64,000 bases of DNA from a phage. The stretch is taken from assembly GCA_012401045.1 (NCBI GenBank), contig GCA_012401045.1_4704.1; one strand, 5' to 3'. The position numbers were made by a program, and so were the translations under genes. Shown here one piece after another: positions 22,134-30,849 of this stretch. Numbering within the stretch: the first letter of the stretch is position 1; each line of letters starts with the position of its first letter. The notes beneath the pieces are model-generated. The model saw nothing but the letters and a program-made list of their open reading frames with translations, did not search any database and had not been told where the DNA came from.

Positions 22134-22953
22134 AAACTATCAAATATTCTGAAACCAAGTTTCTTGTTTCTACTTTTGCCGAAATCGTTCTTCGTACAGT
22201 TACGGGGTACAATTTTGTCGCCGAACTATAAATCTCTTCAGTCAACGCACAAGCACTGTTGCTAATGATTGTAGGAATTCCCCGCGAGCGCAAGTTGTCA
22301 GCCTTTTCTGCAAGATAACGATGATCGTCTAATGTAAACCCCTCTTGAGTATAGCCCGTAAACGATGCGGTGGGGGAAATGGGAATATAAGGAGGGTCGC
22401 AATAAACGACGTCACCCGGAACCACCTTTTCAAGATGCTTCTGGAACCCACCACTTACAATTTCTACCCCCCCCCCCTCGACGAAGGCAGCCTGAAGATG
22501 GTTCGCTGCCAGACGCAATTCCTGTTTCGGGAAATAGACGGTCTTATACCGCCCATGCGCAACATTAAATAAACCATCACGATTATAACGACATAAGCCA
22601 TTGAAACCGTAACGGTTTAAATACATGAAGCAAACTGCGCGTTCCCACGGATCTTCAGCGCGGTTAAAACGTTCACGTATCTCGTAGTAGCTTCTGACGT
22701 CGGTAGGATCCGTTTGAAAAAGACGTTCCACTTCTTCGATGAAAGATTCTGGACGCGCTAGCAACGCAGACCATACTGAGAGAATATCCTCATTCGCATC
22801 ACCTATCGAATACGCTGGGTACTTAAGAGCAAGCGTAACAGCGCCGGAACCAACGAATGGTTCAACAAGACGCTTTCCTTTAGGTAACACTTTTTCAAGC
22901 TCAGGGATAAGCCTGGTTTTGTTCCCAAGCCATTTAAGAAATGTTCTGCTCAT
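22126..22953 (-). CDS. dam: DNA adenine methyltransferase, Dam family
   Basis: N-terminal FLKWLGNK (Dam KWAGGK-like), EPFVGSGAV (FxGxG SAM motif) and catalytic DPPY; co-linear with E. coli Dam over its length. Contains an internal G11 tract. Confidence 0.85.
   Translation of the reverse strand: MSRTFLKWLGNKTRLIPELEKVLPKGKRLVEPFVGSGAVTLALKYPAYSIGDANEDILSVWSALLARPESFIEEVERLFQTDPTDVRSYYEIRERFNRAEDPWERAVCFMYLNRYGFNGLCRYNRDGLFNVAHGRYKTVYFPKQELRLAANHLQAAFVEGGGVEIVSGGFQKHLEKVVPGDVVYCDPPYIPISPTASFTGYTQEGFTLDDHRYLAEKADNLRSRGIPTIISNSACALTEEIYSSATKLYPVTVRRTISAKVETRNLVSEYLIVYE
22467..22477. repeat. homopolymeric C11/G11 tract inside the dam coding sequence
   Basis: Eleven consecutive C on the plus strand (G11 in gene sense) encoding E-G-G-G-V in frame. 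Confidence 0.9.
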
Positions 22954-23368
22954 CGATTGGCGTTCCGATAATGTTGATGACTATTTCCGTTCGAACCGGA
23001 TTGGTCAGTACGGCCTGCATGCGTTCAAGCATTGTTGGGTTATCCGTAACCACCACATCGGCGTAACACAACGGATGGCTTTCGAACGCTTCGGTATCAC
23101 TTACTAACAGAACACCCATCACATTTACGTATTGCGGTATGCGACCACGAATGCGTTGCCACATGTCTTGAGTAAGGTCCTCGCTTTCTAATGCAACCAC
23201 AACAACAGGACTGATATTTACCGGAAAACGCGGATGCACCGTACGACGAAATGTTATCCAGTTTTCGATGTGGGATAATGCAAGTTCGAGAGAACAGCAT
23301 TTTGGAGAAATCTGTATGTTTATTTGTTGAATCAATGAACGGGGGTTTTGTACAGTCTCTTCAGCCAT
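22934..23368 (-). CDS. hypothetical protein
   Basis: 144-aa ORF; no motif recognised. Confidence 0.45.
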   Translation of the reverse strand: MAEETVQNPRSLIQQINIQISPKCCSLELALSHIENWITFRRTVHPRFPVNISPVVVVALESEDLTQDMWQRIRGRIPQYVNVMGVLLVSDTEAFESHPLCYADVVVTDNPTMLERMQAVLTNPVRTEIVINIIGTPIDEQNIS

Positions 23369-24346
23369 TTACTTTTTCCTGAAAATCAATGTCGGTAAAC
23401 CATTCCTTACAGCATAGTACAACACTAAGAGGTTAATCTTGCCAGCGGATACCGTAAGCATTTTACGGCGACGTGGTAAACTAACCGGTACCGTCGACGC
23501 CATCGTCGCACTGTTCTTGAACGTTTGGGAATAACGTCGTAACGATGCTTCGCCTAACAACGGAAGGAAAAGATCTTCGGTAAGAATATCATCGCAGATA
23601 TACGTAATCGCAAGTAACGGCGGATTCCATTCGTTCAGGAATTCGAAAATCTCGTTTGCGATACCCAGCGCATTATTAGGAAGCGGAACCTCACGAACGT
23701 ATTTCTGATTGCCTTTATCCAACAGGATTCTTGACATACAGTAATCGTGGATTATACCCGCGATATCATCCGCTGTTTCTGCGCTCTGCATCAACGCCTG
23801 TGCTTCTTCCCAGGTCAGCTGACGTTTTGTTTCGTAGTAGGTTGGTTTCAAAACCGCGTAAAAATCATGGATTAAGCGACCAACGTCCCCACGGGTTTTC
23901 GCAGCCATCGCGATTGCGTACGCTTTCTTCTCCGCATCCGTTAAGATCTGATTACGCCACAGTTCATATTCGTCTAACAGCTCGGTGTATTTGGCAGTCC
24001 AGTCAGAGGAAAGATAATAACCAATACCGTCAATCAACGCATGTGTTAAAACACCCAGACGCTCGCGTCTTGGATCGACCGACGGCTCATAGACAAAAGG
24101 TAGCTTCGGTTTTTCAAAGCCGCTGGCTACGACGGTATCTGAAAAAGCGTTAGCGAAAACACCCATCGGTTTCCACGACGTAAGGAGATCCTGATACAGC
24201 ATTGGATGAACGTTATTAATCGCTGTGAGTTTATCATCGAAAAGACTCACGCTTGGATGTTCGGCATTCGCAAGCTCAAAATAAATTCTTTCGAGCAGCG
24301 CCTTTACCGCATCGCGTGTCTTATCGATTGGGCCAACAGAAGCCAT
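23369..24346 (-). CDS. hypothetical protein
   Basis: 325-aa ORF; no motif recognised. Confidence 0.5.
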   Translation of the reverse strand: MASVGPIDKTRDAVKALLERIYFELANAEHPSVSLFDDKLTAINNVHPMLYQDLLTSWKPMGVFANAFSDTVVASGFEKPKLPFVYEPSVDPRRERLGVLTHALIDGIGYYLSSDWTAKYTELLDEYELWRNQILTDAEKKAYAIAMAAKTRGDVGRLIHDFYAVLKPTYYETKRQLTWEEAQALMQSAETADDIAGIIHDYCMSRILLDKGNQKYVREVPLPNNALGIANEIFEFLNEWNPPLLAITYICDDILTEDLFLPLLGEASLRRYSQTFKNSATMASTVPVSLPRRRKMLTVSAGKINLLVLYYAVRNGLPTLIFRKK

Positions 24347-24360
24347 GTAAATTATCCTCG

Positions 24361-24615
24361 TTAAAAAGTACCCATGATCGATAGGGCAATATGGTCTTTA
24401 TTCGCACGCGCATTTAACGACATATTGAGACCGCTTTTCTTAATATGCCAACGTGCCACCAGTTCCGGTTGGTCAACGGAATACAACCCTTCTCGATGTT
24501 GATTCAACCATTTAGCAATTGGATGCAATTTATCAGGATCGACCACGCCCAATTCCAACCCACCGGGTGTTAATGGTTTAGAATAAAAGTCAAGTGCGTT
24601 CCGTAAAAAAGTCAT
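24361..24615 (-). CDS. hypothetical small protein
   Basis: 84-aa ORF; no motif recognised. Confidence 0.35.
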   Translation of the reverse strand: MTFLRNALDFYSKPLTPGGLELGVVDPDKLHPIAKWLNQHREGLYSVDQPELVARWHIKKSGLNMSLNARANKDHIALSIMGTF

Positions 24616-24817
24616 CCTCGATGCTCATCGTAGCATACCTACTATGCCAATTACGGCAAACACTACACCGACAGCACTATACGCAAGCAGCGCTTTAGCG
24701 ACCCAAGATTTTATTTCCGTATACTCTTCATTATTCACCATGTCTCACCTCGTTCGGTTGTTGTCTGATCTCATACCTTTACTTAAGCGTATCCCCGCCA
24801 TTAAGACGGGGTGCTTA

Positions 24818-25192
24818 TCACCAGAGACGATTACCTTCCTCGTCCCACCAAGCAATCGCTCGTGTCGACTCGAATGCGTTAGGGCGTAACGTCATACCCA
24901 TGTGGTCAACGATTAACCGCAACTCAGTACCGAACCATTCAATCGAGATAAACAAACCCTTCCGAATGATTGCTTGATAACCTGATAGCCGGTCAAAGAG
25001 TCGTTGAAAGATCTCATCGTGCTCACACGACGTTAACGCTTCCGAATAGCGTCGCATCGATTTTGCATCGCTAGGTAAACGTGTTTTACAGTCCCACCAT
25101 AACACAGCGTACATCAGTGCAGCATTACGCAATCGTAACGATTGAACTGGTGTTAGTTGTCGTCCTTCAACATCATCGATAATAACGTACAT
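24818..25192 (-). CDS. hypothetical protein
   Basis: 124-aa ORF; no motif recognised. Confidence 0.45.
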   Translation of the reverse strand: MYVIIDDVEGRQLTPVQSLRLRNAALMYAVLWWDCKTRLPSDAKSMRRYSEALTSCEHDEIFQRLFDRLSGYQAIIRKGLFISIEWFGTELRLIVDHMGMTLRPNAFESTRAIAWWDEEGNRLW

Positions 25193-25425
25193 TGCGTCTT
25201 ATTCCGCGTTTGTTTCCTTAACATGGACACATTCCGCATCGATAGTCACACCGGTAGAACGACTGGTCTCGTTGGTAGAATCAAATCCGCTGTTGAACAA
25301 CATTGCGAACGTGTTATTATCCATACGAGCAAAGGTCTCCGCAATACGATCGGGATGAAAATCGGTGCGGTTGATGGTCGATTTCACAAAAACTCCTATA
25401 AACAATTTAATTATTGGTATTAAGA

Positions 25426-25911
25426 TTAAAGCAGGATCTGCGGACAGCAGCACGATTCGTAACCACCTTCATGCGGTAACGTATTGCTGGTGTCAGGCCA
25501 GACAAGCTGAATACCTGCAACTTTTTTACCGTATCGAGCGAAAGCTGCTATCGCATACACTTCGTTGAAGGATTCAATATCCTCAATTTCGCGTACGTCG
25601 AGACGCAAGGTTTCACCCGTACCCTTCAAAGTCAGATTGCCATCGAACGCGCCTAACGGGATGGTCTTTGCCTTCACCATGAAGTTACCCAGTTTGTTGA
25701 TTGCTGAACCGAGGGCAGGACAGTAACCGGATACGAAGATTTCCGGCATTCCGTGTTCGGTTAGACCAACAGTATACATAAAGCCAGGCTCGTCGCTTCC
25801 CTCATCAGGAGCGACACTGATAATAGCCCATTGCTTTTTCTCGATATATTCTTCGATAAAATCGTCCAGTTTTGAAAAATTGTTTTCATTAAGTTTAACT
25901 GTGTTACTCAT
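25426..25911 (-). CDS. hypothetical protein
   Basis: 161-aa ORF ending in a Cys cluster (SCCCP); no motif recognised. Confidence 0.45.
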   Translation of the reverse strand: MSNTVKLNENNFSKLDDFIEEYIEKKQWAIISVAPDEGSDEPGFMYTVGLTEHGMPEIFVSGYCPALGSAINKLGNFMVKAKTIPLGAFDGNLTLKGTGETLRLDVREIEDIESFNEVYAIAAFARYGKKVAGIQLVWPDTSNTLPHEGGYESCCCPQILL

Positions 25912-26197
25912 GTTCTTTATCCTTTAAAGCGTTTTCTAACCAGCGGACATAACTTTCACGATAAAGGTGAATGTGTCTTTTACCGTCGCGAAAGTTAGGG
26001 TCAATGAGATGAATCGCAGCATGGGTTGAAGTCATCGCATGCTGTAAATGTTTTCGTGTTAATCGTCCAAGTTTTACCCAACGTTGAATATACCGTGCGT
26101 CTGCCGCTAAACAGGTACGTTCATCGATGAAAGGTACCAATACCTGAACGATACTACCGTAATACACCATCGAACTGTTGAACATCTGCGTCTCCAT
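25904..26197 (-). CDS. hypothetical protein
   Basis: 97-aa ORF coupled to the downstream gene. Confidence 0.4.
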   Translation of the reverse strand: METQMFNSSMVYYGSIVQVLVPFIDERTCLAADARYIQRWVKLGRLTRKHLQHAMTSTHAAIHLIDPNFRDGKRHIHLYRESYVRWLENALKDKEHE

Positions 26198-26215
26198 GCA
26201 AATGGATGGGGCGGA

Positions 26216-26524
26216 TTAGTGAAGAATTACTGTTTGCGACCCTTTCTCGTATTCGGTAAGTAACTCGTCGTACCGACGATCAACTACCATGATCGCATTA
26301 TCGATCTCTGTCATGTCTGATGCAACAGATCGTTTCGCTTCCAGTCGATATACTAACGCATCACGCATACCCTCAGCTGCAGCGAGTTCGCAAGTTGCTT
26401 GATGTTTATTATCCGAAAAGACGAAGAATGGTTTGTTTTCTTCATCAGCCAAGAAGTAGTCACGAATCGCAACCAACCTTTCTTCTGGAACCAGTTCACA
26501 ATTGTTTTCGTTCATTTTCATCAT
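26216..26524 (-). CDS. hypothetical acidic protein
   Basis: 102-aa ORF; no motif recognised. Confidence 0.45.
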   Translation of the reverse strand: MMKMNENNCELVPEERLVAIRDYFLADEENKPFFVFSDNKHQATCELAAAEGMRDALVYRLEAKRSVASDMTEIDNAIMVVDRRYDELLTEYEKGSQTVILH

Positions 26525-26529
26525 CTCTC

Positions 26530-26862
26530 TTAAAGTTTTAACGTATTGACGCCGCTTATAAAGGCGTTGATTTCATTGTCGATGTTACCGGTTTGCTCGA
26601 TAATCTTCTCCACCATCAATCTTGGTTTGTTATAAGCAATACTTACAGCATCGGGACCATTCCCATACATGCTCGCCACGTAAATTCGAAGTTCTTTTAA
26701 ACGATCAAGTAACAACTGCGCGATTTCCAGAACTTCTTCTGTAGCGGTCTGTACGTTGCATTCGCGTAACTTGTGCTCTAACAGCGAAGTCGCAGCATCG
26801 AGCATGGATGTGTATTTACGGTAGTTATAAATATCAATTATAGCTGTCTGATTCATATACAC
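26530..26862 (-). CDS. hypothetical protein
   Basis: 110-aa ORF; no motif recognised. Confidence 0.45.
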   Translation of the reverse strand: MYMNQTAIIDIYNYRKYTSMLDAATSLLEHKLRECNVQTATEEVLEIAQLLLDRLKELRIYVASMYGNGPDAVSIAYNKPRLMVEKIIEQTGNIDNEINAFISGVNTLKL

Positions 26863-26867
26863 GTTGT

Positions 26868-27236
26868 TTATTTATCGGGGTCTGGAAAATAGTAAAATCG
26901 CCAATGCAACATAGAAATCGCATTTCTTATTCGATTCGCACGAACACGACGTCCGAGAAAGGACTTGTAGCAAGAATCGCAATCCATAAACAACTCATGG
27001 CTCGATTTCATCAGAACCACGATATCTCTTATATACGAATTGCAGTACTCGATAAACGGGTCTGTATCGTACGTATATTTCCTCGCACTACCTATCCCCA
27101 ACTCTCTATTTAACTCACGACAATTTATCATAAGCTTCACATAACGGATAAGCCGAACGAAGTCACGTAAATTACGATTAAACCAATATCGATACCAAAA
27201 TGACTGTATACTCCGAACAGTTCTATTTAACTTCAT
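26868..27236 (-). CDS. hypothetical basic protein
   Basis: 122-aa ORF, Arg/Tyr/Trp rich. Confidence 0.4.
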   Translation of the reverse strand: MKLNRTVRSIQSFWYRYWFNRNLRDFVRLIRYVKLMINCRELNRELGIGSARKYTYDTDPFIEYCNSYIRDIVVLMKSSHELFMDCDSCYKSFLGRRVRANRIRNAISMLHWRFYYFPDPDK

Positions 27237-27864
27237 TGATACCTTCTATTAGTTGTACAGCAACTTCTTTTTCGGTGCTATAAAAGAACTTGCGGTGGAA
27301 CTGAACAAGAAGCTTTTCGAATTTACATTGAACGATCTTTTTGCGTTCGATGTGACCCAGGGAGAGCAAAGCACCCATGCAACGTACCGCTTGTTCGAGA
27401 ACCTGTTTCGCGGTATCGTGATCGTCCGGTAACGGTAAATCTTCCTCGTCATCTTTAGCGATAAGACGTCTAATGATGTTATCGATACGTATCTCATCAC
27501 CGTTAATGAAAGCGCCTTTCTCCCATTCATCAAATCGTTGATGGATTCGACGTTGTAAGTTGGCCCTGTCTTCCGTTAACTCTTTCAACTGGTTTTCTAA
27601 GTGGGATACGGTACGGCGGTCGGTTTCAGTGAAGTTTTCCGATTCTTTGTACCACCAATCATTACGCGCTTGTAAGTCATTAATGCGAGATATTGTCCGA
27701 CGACACTCACTAACAAGCCCATCACCATTCGGTAGCTCTGTACCGAAATAGCTTTTGTATTTATAACGCATAACGCGGATTAAACGTTTCGCTAGAAAAC
27801 CTTGTTTTTCCAGTTTCTTCTTCAGCTGTGTATATTTCTCTTCTTTTGTTTCCATTAATTCCAT
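27223..27864 (-). CDS. hypothetical coiled-coil protein
   Basis: 213-aa ORF with charged heptad-like stretches. Confidence 0.45.
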   Translation of the reverse strand: MELMETKEEKYTQLKKKLEKQGFLAKRLIRVMRYKYKSYFGTELPNGDGLVSECRRTISRINDLQARNDWWYKESENFTETDRRTVSHLENQLKELTEDRANLQRRIHQRFDEWEKGAFINGDEIRIDNIIRRLIAKDDEEDLPLPDDHDTAKQVLEQAVRCMGALLSLGHIERKKIVQCKFEKLLVQFHRKFFYSTEKEVAVQLIEGINEVK

Positions 27865-28253
27865 GATGTTGTACCTCGTTCAGCAATCAGGAGAGTCGTG
27901 GTTGTGCTTTTCACTAATCTATTAAAGTCTTGATATATCCGCCTGAGGGATTGTTTTAGATCGCAATAACGGCTGAAATAAACCTTCAAGTCATCTTTTG
28001 TCACTGTCTCCGTATTTATTTTCGTAGAAACACCGAGATCGATAAACTCTTTTCTTAATTGGGATAATTCATCAAGAAGTCGATGGTGGCTTAGATAAAT
28101 AACAGATTTATCGGATAACAACTCGCCGGTTATCCGGCTCTGGCGTTCATCGAAATATTGGAGCCGCCATTCAATTCGCTTACGTAATTTATCAAGTAAA
28201 TCAACAAAAGCGGTATAGCTGTTAACGGCTAGGTTAACTTGACTCGTTATCAT
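27855..28253 (-). CDS. hypothetical protein
   Basis: 132-aa ORF; no motif recognised. Confidence 0.45.
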   Translation of the reverse strand: MITSQVNLAVNSYTAFVDLLDKLRKRIEWRLQYFDERQSRITGELLSDKSVIYLSHHRLLDELSQLRKEFIDLGVSTKINTETVTKDDLKVYFSRYCDLKQSLRRIYQDFNRLVKSTTTTLLIAERGTTSWN

Positions 28254-28600
28254 TCCACTTTCTCCGTTATATGCTTTAAACTGTTACGTATGCTTTTCAA
28301 TCGATGGTTAAATCCGGAACGATAACATTTCCGTACATCCCGTGCTGCTCGCGCTTTATTCGCCTGATGAAGCTGTTCATTCACCTGCGACGCTATACGT
28401 AAACGCTCTAATAAAGACCTCAACCGAACGACAACCAACGGCTGTTCTTTCACCTTCTCTAGTTTGAGTAAATAGTCAATATGAAACTTTATTTCGATAA
28501 TCTGATTCCTGTTTTTGCGGTACTGATGAATATACCAACATCGACGAAAATAGGCGATGTTTAGCATCGGGTAGATCCTTTTCAACGCTACCTCCAACAA
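28250..28600 (-). CDS. hypothetical basic protein
   Basis: 116-aa ORF; no motif recognised. Confidence 0.4.
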   Translation of the reverse strand: MLEVALKRIYPMLNIAYFRRCWYIHQYRKNRNQIIEIKFHIDYLLKLEKVKEQPLVVVRLRSLLERLRIASQVNEQLHQANKARAARDVRKCYRSGFNHRLKSIRNSLKHITEKVE

Positions 28601-28785
28601 TACATCGGATTAGGCGCTTTATGGTATTTATAGATACCTACTTTCTTCTGTTTACCTTTACCTGGGCCTCGTTTAATACGTTTGTTATAAACACGATCCA
28701 AATATCGATCAACGATAAATCGGGATAAATACACCGGATCGATATAAGCCAGGGTACCCGCTTCTGTTTCTTCGAGACATTGCAT
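28588..28785 (-). CDS. small basic protein with KRGPGKGK motif
   Basis: 65-aa ORF with GAGAGG RBS; motif NKRIKRGPGKGKQKKVGIYKY. Confidence 0.4.
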   Translation of the reverse strand: MQCLEETEAGTLAYIDPVYLSRFIVDRYLDRVYNKRIKRGPGKGKQKKVGIYKYHKAPNPMYCWR

Positions 28786-28811
28786 GCGTAACCTCTCTTT
28801 CCTCTAAAAAG

Positions 28812-29015
28812 TCAGTCCAACATAAGCCATGGCATCGCTTTCGCGATAGAATCCACCGCAGCATTTGCGATCCTTCGTTCGGTGGTTGGTACCACATGCA
28901 CCACGAACCGTTTTCCTTTATTGCAACCTTTCTTGTGTTTTCCTTTGACTAAACGAACACCAATCATGTCGTTGATAACATGATTTAGTATATGGCGCTG
29001 TAGAGAATTAATCAT
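28812..29015 (-). CDS. small basic protein with KKGCNKGK motif
   Basis: Track ORF trimmed to ATG at 29015 with GGAG RBS; motif VKGKHKKGCNKGKRFVVHV. Confidence 0.4.
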   Translation of the reverse strand: MINSLQRHILNHVINDMIGVRLVKGKHKKGCNKGKRFVVHVVPTTERRIANAAVDSIAKAMPWLMLD

Positions 29016-29154
29016 CACTTTTACTCCAGGCCGAGAAGATTCTCGGTTTTAGTTCTATCTGTCCGCATATCCAGGTGTATCTCCATTTACCTTTACGAGG
29101 ACCTTTCTTATTTTTAACACCTATCAGAATACGATAGGGATATGACCAAGCCAT
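29008..29154 (-). CDS. small basic protein (48 aa) with KKGPRKGK motif
   Basis: Not in the supplied track (under 60 aa). ATG at 29154 preceded by AGGAG RBS; translation MAWSYPYRILIGVKNKKGPRKGKWRYTWICGQIELKPRIFSAWSKSDD; stop overlaps the next start. Confidence 0.35.
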   Translation of the reverse strand: MAWSYPYRILIGVKNKKGPRKGKWRYTWICGQIELKPRIFSAWSKSDD

Positions 29155-29184
29155 TCTAAACTCCTAAAATAAATCTCGATATTC

Positions 29185-29511
29185 TTAATGCAGTTGCTTC
29201 TTAAAACCTAATTTAAGAAGCGTCATTCTCTTGTCGATGGTATCTAATGCTTCCAGCAAGGATTCACGCTGTTCTTTCGTAAGCATATCGACGCGTAGAC
29301 GTTCGTTAATTTCCGCTTTAAGCTGTATAGGAAGGGTTTGTGTAAGTATGCTATCAGCCTCCATCTCGTAACTATTTTTCGGTGTGGGTAATGCTTCAGT
29401 AACACCAGTGAGATAAAAACCGATAGTGGTTACTCGTTCATCCATTGCTTCTAGCAGTTCAGAACTTACCTCATCCACGATAGTTCTCCGTATTAGGGTG
29501 GGCGTACCCAC
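29185..29511 (-). CDS. hypothetical protein
   Basis: 108-aa ORF; track start is GTG inside a hairpin, an internal ATG at 29445 is possible. Confidence 0.4.
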   Translation of the reverse strand: MGTPTLIRRTIVDEVSSELLEAMDERVTTIGFYLTGVTEALPTPKNSYEMEADSILTQTLPIQLKAEINERLRVDMLTKEQRESLLEALDTIDKRMTLLKLGFKKQLH

Positions 29512-29525
29512 CCTCAGTTGTTAAT

Positions 29526-30545
29526 TTACACCGCCACCTTAGCCTTGATAGCGGGGTGTGATTGATATCCGACGAACACAAAGTCTTCGTAACGGTAATC
29601 CGTAATACTTTCCGGTTTACGTACAATTGTTAGCTTCGGTAATGGGTACGGCTCACGGCTGAGCTGCTCTTTAACCTGTTCGAAGTGGTTGTGATAGATG
29701 TGGCAATCTCCACCCGTCCACACGAACTCACCAACGTCCATATTCAGCTGTTGGGCAAGCATATGTGTTAACAACGAATATGAGGCGATGTTGAACGGTT
29801 TCCCAAGCACCGTGTCGCACGATCTCTGGTAAAGCTGACAGGATAAAGCACGTGTTGGTACGTTATGTGCATTCAACCAAAGTTCCGTTTCACTGTGTCG
29901 TACATCATCCGTAACCCACTGGGTTCTTAATACGTCGTTGCGTTGAACATAATCAACACGTTCATCGATCGTGAGCTCGTGGGTATAGAACTGATAGAAA
30001 CTGTGGCATGGGGCGAGGTGCATATCGTCTAAATCGCCTACGTTCCACGCGCTAACGATGATTCGTCGAGAATCAGGATCTTCTTTAAGCTGACGCATCA
30101 CGTTTGCAATCTGATCGTGATGTCTAACATACACGAGGTGTTTTAGCATACCGTCATTAAGAATGCCGCAATACTCATAGCCGCGTTGCATCAACTCACG
30201 AGTACGTTCTGTATCGTGCGGAACAACCACTTTGTAGTCAATCCATTCCCGCCACTGCCTACCGTAAATCGGTCCTAGATTCCCTTCTTCGTCAGCCCAT
30301 TCATTCCAGATACGAACACCGTTATCTTGAAGATAAGCAACGTTTGTGTCGCCGTTAAGAAACCAGAGCAGTTCGTGGATAACGCTCTTAAGGTGAATCT
30401 TCTTGGTGGTTACCAGCGGGAATCCTTTCTTCAAGTCAAAACGCATTTGACGTCCGAATACCGAACGGGTACCGGTACCTGTACGATCGGCTTTATCGCG
30501 ACCGTTATCCATGATGTCTTGCAAAAGGTCCAAATACTGTCTCAT
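29526..30545 (-). CDS. thyA: thymidylate synthase (ThyA family) with two internal insertions
   Basis: Track ORF trimmed to ATG at 30545 with AAGGA RBS. Near co-linear with E. coli ThyA ([28 protein letters not shown], catalytic [21 protein letters not shown]), interrupted by insertions of about 35 and 45 aa. Confidence 0.85.
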   Translation of the reverse strand: MRQYLDLLQDIMDNGRDKADRTGTGTRSVFGRQMRFDLKKGFPLVTTKKIHLKSVIHELLWFLNGDTNVAYLQDNGVRIWNEWADEEGNLGPIYGRQWREWIDYKVVVPHDTERTRELMQRGYEYCGILNDGMLKHLVYVRHHDQIANVMRQLKEDPDSRRIIVSAWNVGDLDDMHLAPCHSFYQFYTHELTIDERVDYVQRNDVLRTQWVTDDVRHSETELWLNAHNVPTRALSCQLYQRSCDTVLGKPFNIASYSLLTHMLAQQLNMDVGEFVWTGGDCHIYHNHFEQVKEQLSREPYPLPKLTIVRKPESITDYRYEDFVFVGYQSHPAIKAKVAV

Positions 30546-30546
30546 G

Positions 30547-30786
30547 TTAATCCTTGTTTCGTTTTGTTGACAAGATCTTATATAAGCGTTCAGCTTGTTC
30601 GAGCATATAAACCGCACGCTTGGATGCGCTCAATACAGCACAGTAACCACGTAATACGAACAGTGCGTGGTCAATCTGTAAACCACGCACCTTTGGATCT
30701 GACGACAATTCCAATGAAGTACCATCAGAAATCCATAACTCGATACTCTCTTTTTGTTCTTTCGTTAATGCTTGTTTCATAATCAC
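30547..30786 (-). CDS. hypothetical small protein
   Basis: 79-aa ORF immediately upstream of thyA in the same orientation. Confidence 0.45.
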   Translation of the reverse strand: MIMKQALTKEQKESIELWISDGTSLELSSDPKVRGLQIDHALFVLRGYCAVLSASKRAVYMLEQAERLYKILSTKRNKD

Positions 30787-30849
30787 CTCGTGGTAAAAGT
30801 AAATAGAGTTTTGTCGAGACGCCCTAATTACTTACAACGTCGGTTATCC

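Noticed and set aside
30546-30617. N-terminal 24-aa extension of the thyA ORF in the track ([24 protein letters not shown]).
   Set aside because: E. coli-like ThyA homology begins exactly at the internal Met (MRQYLDL), which has an AAGGA ribosome-binding site; the extension overlaps the upstream gene and is probably untranslated.
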